From Streptosporangiaceae bacterium (lineage in GTDB: Bacteria > Actinomycetota > Actinomycetes > Streptosporangiales > Streptosporangiaceae): a DNA stretch of 64,000 nucleotides. The DNA lies in NCBI GenBank assembly GCA_035631375.1, contig DASQIW010000148.1:10802-74801 (forward strand), given 5' to 3'. Every line of letters begins with the position of its first letter. Positions within the stretch are counted from its first letter, which is position 1. This document shows positions 37,536-48,293 of this stretch, in pieces. Both the position numbers and the translations under genes were made by a program. Under the pieces are notes generated by a model, which worked only from the letters and a program-made list of their open reading frames with translations, ran no database searches and was not told the DNA's origin.

Positions 37536-37565
37536 TTGCGCCAGACCGTTGCGGCCGGTAGAAAT
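37536..37565 (+). promoter_or_regulatory. Promoter-like element of copy 2: TTGCGC-N17-TAGAAAT
   Basis: TTGCGC (37536-37541) and TAGAAAT (37559-37565), paralogous to 37186-37216. Confidence 0.4.
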
Positions 37566-37570
37566 CACTC

Positions 37571-37754
37571 ACGGTCACGAACGGATTCCGCCCCGGAGCA
37601 ATCCGCGGACGGCACTGCCGGGTAACCGCGCCTTGCCACCGGAATCTGCAGTGATCGCAGGCCAGCCCTGGCCCCGTCGCCGAGCGATCGGCGGTCGGGC
37701 GGGCGTGGCCGGACGGGTCCCTCCGCCTCATACGCGGAGGGACCCGTCTTGTTT
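37571..37754 (+). ncRNA. Candidate structured sRNA, copy 2, or 5' leader of the DUF2332 gene
   Basis: Promoter-like element upstream. Hairpins CGCCGA-GCGA-TCGGCG (37678-37693) and GGCCAG/CTGGCC (37660-37673). Ends in the intrinsic terminator at 37712-37754. Confidence 0.4.
37712..37754 (+). terminator. Intrinsic terminator: perfect 15-bp stem, 7-nt loop, TTGTTT tail
   Basis: GACGGGTCCCTCCGC-CTCATAC-GCGGAGGGACCCGTC followed by TTGTTT. The T-tract is on the + strand only. Confidence 0.75.
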
Positions 37755-37771
37755 CGAGGTTCGGGCGGCTC

Positions 37772-38908
37772 ATGGCGCAGGAAGACATGGCGGTCGGCCA
37801 GTGGACCGGCGCCTACAGTGACAGCGTGACCGCTCTCGGGGATCCGGGTCGCAGCGACGTGCAGGCGCGGACGGCGCGGATGCTGCGGTTGCAGGCTGGG
37901 GCCTGCCGCCAGCTTGGCAGCCCGCTGTATGGCGACCTTCTGCAGCGCGCAGCAGAGGATCTGCTGGCCGACGGTCAGCTCGGCGATGTTCTCGACGGCT
38001 TCCTCGACGACCAGCTCAAGAGCGCGCTCGCGCTGCGACTGCTCGGAGGCGTGCACGCGATCGTGCTCTCCGGCCGCGCGCCCGCGCTGGCGGCGTTTTA
38101 TCCGAGCGTCGGTGGCACGCCCGAGCGCCGGCCTGGCAGTCCGCGAGCCTGGGCTGCGTTCCAGCAGGTGCTCGCCGATTTCCGGGGTGAGCTCCGGTCC
38201 TGGCTCGACCACCCGCCGCAGACAAATGAGGTCGGCAGGGCGGCGGCGCTCCTCGGCGGTCTCCGTCATATCGCGGCCGAGGCGACCCTGCCCTTCCGCC
38301 TCGTGGAAGTCGGAGCGAGCGCCGGCCTGAACCTGCGGGCCGACCGGTTCTGTGTCCCCGGACCCGCAGGCAGCTACGGTGATCCGCACTCGCCCGTCGT
38401 CTTGACCGGCGGCTGGCTCGGCGACGCCCCGCCGGACAGCCGGATCGAGGTTGTCGAGCGCAACGGCGGTGACCTGGCACCGATCGATCCGCTCACCGAG
38501 GACGGCCGGCTGAGACTCACCGCCTACATATGGCCGGACCAGGCCGAGCGGCTCGCCAGGCTGCGCGGCGCGCTCGCCATCGCGGCTCAGGTCCCGGCCG
38601 CTCTCCGCATCGAGTCGGCGCCTGCGACGCTGGCCCGCACCAGGCTCGAAGCCGGCACATGGACGGTGCTGTGGCACTCGATCTTCCGGCAGTACCTCGA
38701 CGAAACCGAGCGTGCCGAGCTCGCCGTCCGGGTCGCCGAGATCGCTGCTACTGCCGCCGCGCGAGCGAGGTTCGCCTACCTCTACCTCGAGCCGTCGCGT
38801 GCGGGCGGCTGCCGGGTAACGCTGACGACGTGGCCCGGAGGGCATCGCCGGGTGCTTGGGTCGGCGCCGGCGCACGGTCTCCCCGTGCACTGGCAGGCGT
38901 CTTCCTGA
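37772..38908 (+). CDS. DUF2332 domain-containing protein
   Basis: 378 aa; ...CRQLGSPLYGDLL...LRLLGGVH...HPPQTNEVGR...VEVGASAGLNL...WHSIFRQY... matches my recollection of DUF2332. Possible alternative ATG at 37787. Confidence 0.8.
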   Translation: MAQEDMAVGQWTGAYSDSVTALGDPGRSDVQARTARMLRLQAGACRQLGSPLYGDLLQRAAEDLLADGQLGDVLDGFLDDQLKSALALRLLGGVHAIVLSGRAPALAAFYPSVGGTPERRPGSPRAWAAFQQVLADFRGELRSWLDHPPQTNEVGRAAALLGGLRHIAAEATLPFRLVEVGASAGLNLRADRFCVPGPAGSYGDPHSPVVLTGGWLGDAPPDSRIEVVERNGGDLAPIDPLTEDGRLRLTAYIWPDQAERLARLRGALAIAAQVPAALRIESAPATLARTRLEAGTWTVLWHSIFRQYLDETERAELAVRVAEIAATAAARARFAYLYLEPSRAGGCRVTLTTWPGGHRRVLGSAPAHGLPVHWQASS

Positions 38909-38951
38909 CAGCACGCCCGGGTTGCGACATGACGCGAAGCCTCATATCGTG

Positions 38952-38976
38952 CCGATGTATCAAGTCGATACATCGG
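38952..38976. promoter_or_regulatory. Perfect 10-5-10 inverted repeat CCGATGTATC-AAGTC-GATACATCGG
   Basis: Read directly. Lies between the DUF2332 stop and the methyltransferase start (SD AGGAAGG follows). Confidence 0.5.
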
Positions 38977-39000
38977 ACCGATAGTAGGAAGGCAGCTGAC

Positions 39001-39747
39001 ATGTCCGGCGAGCAGTTGTACGACACCATCGGTGCCACTTACACCGTGACGCGGCGCACCGAGCCGCGGATCGCCGCGCAGATCTGGGATGCCCTCGGCG
39101 ATGCGCAGACCGTGCTCAACGTCGGGGCGGGCACCGGCTCCTACGAGCCGCCCGGGCGTGACGTCACCGCTGTGGAACCGTCGGTGCTCATGCGTGCGCA
39201 GCGTCCCGCGGGCGCGGCGCCGTGCGTGGCTGCTGCCGCGGAGAGCCTTCCCTTCGAGAACCAGTCCTTCGACGCCGCGATGGCTGTGTCCACCGTCCAT
39301 CACTGGCAGGACCCGATCGCGGGCCTGCGCGAGATGAGGCGCGTGGCCCGCCGTGTGGTGGTGTTCACGCACGACAGCACTGCGGCCGGGTGGTGGCGTC
39401 GGTTCTGGCTGAGCCGCGACTACCTGCCTGAGGTCGCTGACCTCCTGATCGGCAGGCCTTCGCTGACCGAGCAGGCGCGCGTGATCGGAGCCCGCATCGA
39501 GCCGGTGCTCATTCCGTGGGACTGCGCCGACGGCTTCTTCGAGGCGTACTGGCGCCGGCCCGAGGCATACCTCGACGATCGTGTCCGTCGTGGACTGTCG
39601 GTGTGGGCCAGGCTGGGCCCGGACATCGAGCAGCGGGCAGTCTGCAGTCTCCGCGCTGACCTCGCGTCAGGCGAGTGGGCCGACCGCAACCGGGACCTCG
39701 TCGCTCTGGACGCGGCAGACCTCGGCCTCCTGCTGCTGATCGCCTGA
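39001..39747 (+). CDS. Class I SAM-dependent methyltransferase
   Basis: Start set at ATG 39001. Motif I VLNVGAGTGSY; ...SFDAAMAVSTVHHW.... Confidence 0.85.
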   Translation: MSGEQLYDTIGATYTVTRRTEPRIAAQIWDALGDAQTVLNVGAGTGSYEPPGRDVTAVEPSVLMRAQRPAGAAPCVAAAAESLPFENQSFDAAMAVSTVHHWQDPIAGLREMRRVARRVVVFTHDSTAAGWWRRFWLSRDYLPEVADLLIGRPSLTEQARVIGARIEPVLIPWDCADGFFEAYWRRPEAYLDDRVRRGLSVWARLGPDIEQRAVCSLRADLASGEWADRNRDLVALDAADLGLLLLIA

Positions 39748-39767
39748 ACTCGACGCGGACCGGGGAC

Positions 39768-41510
39768 CTAGGCGGGGGTCAGCGGTTCGTCCCCCGCGGC
39801 CAGCGCTGGCTGGCCGATAGCGGCGCTCGCCACCGCGAGCTCGCCGGCATCCGGCGCTGGCAGCACCGGCAGCACGAGTGCGGACGGATACCGGGCGCTG
39901 TGCTGGATCTGGTGGGTCACGGGTGCCGTCCGCGTGCCGTGCAGCGAGTCGTCCGTCCCCAGGTTCCTGGCGAAGCGCGGGTGCGCGCCACCGGCGACCT
40001 GCAACCGGATGCGGTGCCCGCTGGCGAACACGTGCGAGATGTCGGTGAGCGGCACGCGCAGGCGCCTGACCTGACCGGGGGTGAGGTCGGAAGGCGTGCA
40101 CCGGACGATCTGATCGGTGAGGTTGCGGGAGCGACCGCGGGAGTCCACGTCGCACACCCGGACGAAGACGTCGCAGTGCTGGTTGTCGGAGCTCAGGTAC
40201 AGCTCCACGACCGGCGCGCCGGCCACCTCCACCGGCTCGGCCAGCGTCTTCGTGCTGAACGTCAGCACGTCTGGGCGCGCCTCGATGGCGGAGTTATCGC
40301 GACTGCCGGCGTGGCGCACCGACATCACCCGGCCGCCCACCGACGGAGTCGGATCGGCCGGGTCATAGCGAAGGGCAGTGCTGGCGCTCGCACCGGCGGG
40401 GTCCTGGTCGGAAGTCAGCCCGCCGTCCGCCTGCAGGTACAGGGACTGCGCACGGGTGTCCTCGGGCGGCCAGTCCGGCAGGTCACGCCAGCGGCCCACG
40501 CCGGAGGTCCGGACGCGCACGGGCGACGGCCGGAAAGCTGCGGCGGCCCCGTTCGTGTCGGTTCCGTCGGCGTAGGCGTCGAGCCATGCCACCGTCTCCC
40601 GCAGCGCGACGCCGAGGTCCAGCGACATGTGCGACCACGGGCCTATGGTCAGGGCTGTCGGCACGCCGCGTCTGCGCAGCGCATGGTATTGCCCCAGCGT
40701 CTGCTCGACGAAGAAGTCGTGGAACCCGGTGACCAGCAGCGTCGGAACGCTCACCCGGTCCAGGGCGGACGCGGCGCTGAAGCCGTCCCAGAACGAGTCG
40801 CTGCGGTCAGGGTGGCTGAGCCAGTCCTGATACCACGGTGCGCCCGTGTGCGCCAGTTCCGCTCCGGTGGCGGAAATCGGCAGCCGGTTCATGGCCATGG
40901 CCAGCCTTCGTTCGGCGGTCAGCGTGCGCCAGACCATCGCCAGGCCGCCGAACTGTTCCTGGCTCGCCACCAGGTCACTCCAGCTCAGCAGGTTGTACAG
41001 TTCGAACGGGCCGCGGCCGAAGCCGGCGTCTGCCAGGTCGTGCGGGCTGATGTGCAGGGCCATCGCGGTGAGCTCGGGCGGCGGGTCCGCTGCGAGCGCC
41101 CACGCCGCGAAGGCCAGGTAGCTCTGGCCGACCAGCGCCAACTGACCGCTGAACCAGGCCTGGTCACGCAGCCACGTCACGGTGTCCTGCCCGTCGGCGG
41201 CCTCGTCGACGGCTGGCATGAACCGCCCGCCCGACCCGAATGTGCCGCGACAGCTCTGCAGCAGTACGTGGTAGCCGCGCTCGCTAAGCGCCAGCGCCTC
41301 GACCGCGAACTGCGGCCCGCGCCCGTACGGGCAGCGGATGAGGACGGTCGGCCGCGATTGAGCCACCAGCGGAACGTAGTGATCGGCAAGCAGGATCGTG
41401 CCGTCGCGCATCGGGACCTGCACCGAACGGTCAACGGTGATCTTGTTCCGGGCCGGCCCCAGTCGAAGGGCCCGGTTCATCGCCGCGGTGATCAGGTCCG
41501 CCCCCCTCAT
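39768..41510 (-). CDS. CocE/NonD family hydrolase (S15 X-Pro dipeptidyl-peptidase-like)
   Basis: ...VPMRDGTILLADHYVP...PTVLIRCPYGRG...GYHVLLQSCRGTFGSGG.... Start set at ATG 41510 behind SD GGAGGG (track ORF begins at TTG 41528). Confidence 0.9.
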   Translation of the reverse strand: MRGADLITAAMNRALRLGPARNKITVDRSVQVPMRDGTILLADHYVPLVAQSRPTVLIRCPYGRGPQFAVEALALSERGYHVLLQSCRGTFGSGGRFMPAVDEAADGQDTVTWLRDQAWFSGQLALVGQSYLAFAAWALAADPPPELTAMALHISPHDLADAGFGRGPFELYNLLSWSDLVASQEQFGGLAMVWRTLTAERRLAMAMNRLPISATGAELAHTGAPWYQDWLSHPDRSDSFWDGFSAASALDRVSVPTLLVTGFHDFFVEQTLGQYHALRRRGVPTALTIGPWSHMSLDLGVALRETVAWLDAYADGTDTNGAAAAFRPSPVRVRTSGVGRWRDLPDWPPEDTRAQSLYLQADGGLTSDQDPAGASASTALRYDPADPTPSVGGRVMSVRHAGSRDNSAIEARPDVLTFSTKTLAEPVEVAGAPVVELYLSSDNQHCDVFVRVCDVDSRGRSRNLTDQIVRCTPSDLTPGQVRRLRVPLTDISHVFASGHRIRLQVAGGAHPRFARNLGTDDSLHGTRTAPVTHQIQHSARYPSALVLPVLPAPDAGELAVASAAIGQPALAAGDEPLTPA

Positions 41511-41607
41511 AGCCGTTCTGCCCTCCAATGCGCGGTAAGACCGTTAAGACCTTCTAAGGTAACGCGGGTCACCTGGCCTGGCCAGCCTTGCGGCGTCGCG
41601 GCCGCTG

Positions 41608-42330
41608 GTGCGGATTGGCCGTGTGGTCAACGAGAATGGACTCGTGACTGGGCTTACTGATGGCGCGGCCGCCGTGGTTTTCGACTTCTTCGGCACCCTG
41701 ACTCCGGTAAGTCCGGATCAGGTGTGGGCTGGCAATGCTCGCCGCCTCGCGGCCGCGCTCGGCGCGCCCCCGGACGCGCTGCTGGCGGCGCTCGATGAGT
41801 CCTTTCCCGAGCGCATAACAGGCGAGCTTGGCGACGTGCGGCAGACCTTGCGGGTGCTCGCCGACCGGCTGGGCGTCCAGCCCTCAGCTGATCAGCTCGA
41901 TGACGCCAGCCAGGTCCGGCGCGAGATCCAGGAGTCAATGTTCGTGCTCCGGCCAGAGGCACTGCCGGTGATCCGCCGGCTCCGCGCTATCGGCCTGAAG
42001 ATCGGGGTGCTGTCTGACTGCACATCGGAGCTGCCGGATGCGTGGTCCAGGCTGCCGCTGGCCGGTTTGGTCGACGCCCCGGTGTTCTCCTGCATTGAGC
42101 GGACGCGCAAGCCCGACCCGAGGCTGTTCCGGACAGTAGCGGCGAACCTGCGCGCCGAGCCCGCGGCGTGCCTGTATGTCGGCGACGGCGGCGGCCGGGA
42201 GCTCACCGGGGCCAGCGACGTCGGCATGCGTGCGGTGCTGCTGGCCGGCCAGGACTGGCTCGCGCACCGCAGCACCGAGATCGGCTGGACCGGGCCGCGG
42301 ATCGGTTCGCTCACCGACCTGTGCCCCTGA
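41608..42330 (+). CDS. HAD family hydrolase
   Basis: Motif I VVFDFFGTL, motif III/IV ...RKPDPRLF...YVGDGGGREL. Start possibly GTG 41644. Confidence 0.8.
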   Translation: MRIGRVVNENGLVTGLTDGAAAVVFDFFGTLTPVSPDQVWAGNARRLAAALGAPPDALLAALDESFPERITGELGDVRQTLRVLADRLGVQPSADQLDDASQVRREIQESMFVLRPEALPVIRRLRAIGLKIGVLSDCTSELPDAWSRLPLAGLVDAPVFSCIERTRKPDPRLFRTVAANLRAEPAACLYVGDGGGRELTGASDVGMRAVLLAGQDWLAHRSTEIGWTGPRIGSLTDLCP

Positions 42331-42385
42331 CGGCCTGACGAATCGGCACCTGCCGCTCAGCCGCACCCTGGCGCACAATGGCAAC

Positions 42386-43261
42386 ATGGACGAGTTCGAG
42401 CGGATTGGCGCGGCGTATCTAGGCCGTCTGACTGAGGCGGACTTGCGCGCGCTTGTGCATGCCGACGAGATCTCCGCATCAGAAGCGGACACCAGGATCC
42501 AGGCGCTGCGCCGGGCGCCGGCGCTGCTGCTCGAGGTGCTCGACCGCCCGGCAGCCTCGGCCGGACTGCTGAACCTGGCCTCCGCGGGCGACGCGCAGCG
42601 GTACACGCTCATCTCGCCGTTCCTCGTGTTTGCCGCGGCGATCCACCGGGTGGCTGCCGATATCGGCAGCAGCGGTTACGTTCCCGAGCGGGCAACCCCC
42701 CGGCTCCGGATCCCGGTCTTCGACGGTCCTCAGCTCGCTGCGTACCTGGCCGAGCCCGCGCACCGGCTGTTCCTGACCGAGCTGCTGGCGTCCTTCGCGC
42801 GGTCGTCCAGTGGCGTCATCGTGACCCAGAGCGCGCAGGGACTGCGCCGCCGCCGATGGAACGACCTCGACCTCGGGCGGCTGGCGAACCTGCTCGACGC
42901 GCTGCCCGAGCAAGAGCGGCCGCCGGTGTGGCGCCGCCTGGGTGACCTGGCGCTGTTCCTGGCCGGGGTGTTCCCGGCGGCATTGGAGCGCGCGCTGACC
43001 GGCCGGCTCGACCCGATCCGGCTGGCCCTCATGACCGGTCTGGCACCGCCATCAGGCGGCCTCGGACCCGCCGAGCTGTTCGAGTGGTTCGGCGCGAGCT
43101 GGTACCGGCTGGCCGCACGGCGCACCAGCTCGGCCCGGGAGACCGCGGCCGTGCTCCGCGACAGCGCCGACCACATTCACGAGGCACGTCGCGTCCTCAA
43201 TGCCGCCGCCGACCGGTATCTGATACCGGTCAGCATCAGCTGGCTCAGCCCGCCCGACTGA
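42386..43261 (+). CDS. Hypothetical protein
   Basis: 291 codons from ATG 42386, strong coding bias. No family recognised. Confidence 0.6.
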   Translation: MDEFERIGAAYLGRLTEADLRALVHADEISASEADTRIQALRRAPALLLEVLDRPAASAGLLNLASAGDAQRYTLISPFLVFAAAIHRVAADIGSSGYVPERATPRLRIPVFDGPQLAAYLAEPAHRLFLTELLASFARSSSGVIVTQSAQGLRRRRWNDLDLGRLANLLDALPEQERPPVWRRLGDLALFLAGVFPAALERALTGRLDPIRLALMTGLAPPSGGLGPAELFEWFGASWYRLAARRTSSARETAAVLRDSADHIHEARRVLNAAADRYLIPVSISWLSPPD

Positions 43262-43303
43262 CGTTTTAACGGCGTGGTGGGACCAAGCCGCAACTGTGAG
43301 GTC

Positions 43304-46927
<3,624 letters not shown>

Positions 46928-47217
46928 GTTACCCGCCCCTTCCTGCCCGGCTTGCCCAGAAGAGGCGCGGATACCCGCGTGACTCTTTAGGCGTTTTTGT
47001 CCTGGTCGCCAAGCTGTCCGTCAAATCACTCCAGGTACCGGCAGACTATCGCATGGGCGCCTCGCATTTGTGTTGGTCCCCCATATTCATGGCCCATCAA
47101 TTTGGGTCATGCCACAAGCGGTGGCCGGGAGCCTGGATGCATCGGCGAGCGCAGGGTCACGCGGTCGCTCCGGCGGCCGCTCGTCTTGCTGCCTATCCAG
47201 CGGAGCCGGAGCCGGTG

Positions 47218-47865
47218 CTAGCTCTCCGCGGCAGTTGCGTAAGCGGCGAGGAAGGTGCTCACCCCGGCGTCGGCCTGGGCGGCGAGCTCGGCAGCGCTGA
47301 ATGACTGGTCACCGCAGAACAGGCTCTTGTCGACGGCCCGGCCCAGCACCAGGAAGGCGAAGTGGGAAGCCGCGACGCTGGGGTCGCCGCCCCGCAGCAG
47401 GCCGCGGGTGACGAGCCGGGCAAAGCACGTGGCCAGGGCGCTGATGGTCTGCTCGGGAGCTCGGTCGTAGTAGGCGCGGGCGAGGCCGGGAAGCTGATGC
47501 GAGGCGCCGATGACCAGGCGGCGCAGCTGCAGAACCACGGGCTGCATCACCGTGGCGAGGTAGCGGACCGCGAGCTGCCGGAGGTCTTTCTCGAGCTGGT
47601 TCGTCTCGGCCAGCGCTGTGAGCTCGGCGCGGAACGGATCTCCGGCCCGGTCGAGGGCGCCGAGCACAATCTCGGTAAACAGGCGCTCCTTATCAGGGAA
47701 GTGCTTGTAGACGGTGGGCTTGGACACCCCGGCCAGAGCGGCGATCTGGTCCATGCTCGTGCCCAGGTAGCCGTGTCGCAGGAAGAGCTCGGTCGCCGCG
47801 TCGATGATCGCGCCGCGCTTGCGCGCCGACCGGTTGCCCTCGGCCAGCTCCGGCCCTCGCGGCAT
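47218..47865 (-). CDS. TetR family transcriptional regulator
   Basis: ...RKRGAIIDAATELFLRHGYLGTSMDQIAALAGVSKPTVYKHFPDKERLF.... ATG 47865 preferred over TTG 47904. Confidence 0.85.
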   Translation of the reverse strand: MPRGPELAEGNRSARKRGAIIDAATELFLRHGYLGTSMDQIAALAGVSKPTVYKHFPDKERLFTEIVLGALDRAGDPFRAELTALAETNQLEKDLRQLAVRYLATVMQPVVLQLRRLVIGASHQLPGLARAYYDRAPEQTISALATCFARLVTRGLLRGGDPSVAASHFAFLVLGRAVDKSLFCGDQSFSAAELAAQADAGVSTFLAAYATAAES

Positions 47866-47959
47866 GCCCGGCGATGCGGTGAGCCCGCCGCCCGTGATGG
47901 TCAATGCGTCCTCCTCACCCGGATCGGTCGCGGTGTTGACGCCCGGAGTCTGTCAGGCT

Positions 47960-47996
47960 ACTGTACCGTGTAGTTTATTTTACTACACCGTTTAGT
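47960..47996. promoter_or_regulatory. Operator-like imperfect inverted repeat ACTGTACCGTGTAGT-N7-ACTACACCGTTTAGT
   Basis: 12 of 15 positions complementary. AT-rich spacer. Sits between the TetR gene and the divergent DUF1905 gene. Confidence 0.5.
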
Positions 47997-48023
47997 TTAG
48001 CAGCCCGAACAGGAGGAGGCGGC

Positions 48024-48293
48024 GTGACCGTGCGATTCAGTGCGGTGCTGGCGGCCACCGGAGGATCCACGACGGGGATTCCCGTCCCGCCGGAGGTCAT
48101 CGAACGGCTAGGCGGCGGAAAGCGGCCGCCGGTCAAGGTCACCATCGGCAGCTACACCTACAGCACGACGATCGGTGTCATGAAGGGCCAGACGCTGATC
48201 CCGGTCAGCGCCGACCGCCGCAAGCAGGCCGGTATCGCGGCAGGCGACGAGCTCGAGGTGGAACTGGAGCCAGACGCCTCGCGCGCCCGCTAG
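48024..48293 (+). CDS. DUF1905 domain-containing protein
   Basis: 89 aa; ...TGIPVPPEVIERLGGGKRPPVKVTIGSYTY...PVSADRRKQAGIAAGDELEVELE... fits the DUF1905 pattern. GTG start behind AGGAGGAGG. Confidence 0.75.
   Translation: MTVRFSAVLAATGGSTTGIPVPPEVIERLGGGKRPPVKVTIGSYTYSTTIGVMKGQTLIPVSADRRKQAGIAAGDELEVELEPDASRAR

Larger units (their letters stand above)
37085..37754 (+). repeat. Tandem pair of diverged ~250-330-nt non-coding units (copy 1 about 37085-37418, copy 2 about 37470-37754)
   Basis: At least 12 collinear conserved blocks at offsets of 332-363 nt (listed in findings). No coding-like ORF on either strand. Confidence 0.75.

Noticed and set aside
37380-37748. The two 15-7-15 hairpins read as a directly repeated pair of tyrosine-recombinase core sites with identical 7-bp overlap regions
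   Set aside because: There is no recombinase or integrase gene in the window. Each site is self-palindromic rather than an attL/attR hybrid. The surrounding ~250 nt are also duplicated with RNA-type covariation, which favours an RNA explanation. This is not formally excluded.
39675-41660. 661-aa plus-strand ORF
   Set aside because: It is antisense to the well-supported CocE/NonD hydrolase. It has a low-complexity R/G/P-rich composition and no motifs.
46928-47217. Possible SAH, SAM-IV or cobalamin riboswitch in the metH upstream region
   Set aside because: A GAGCG...CGCTC and CCGGAG...CTCCCGG arrangement is nested rather than the SAH pseudoknot order. No B12 box or SAM-IV core was seen. This needs a covariance-model scan to be certain.
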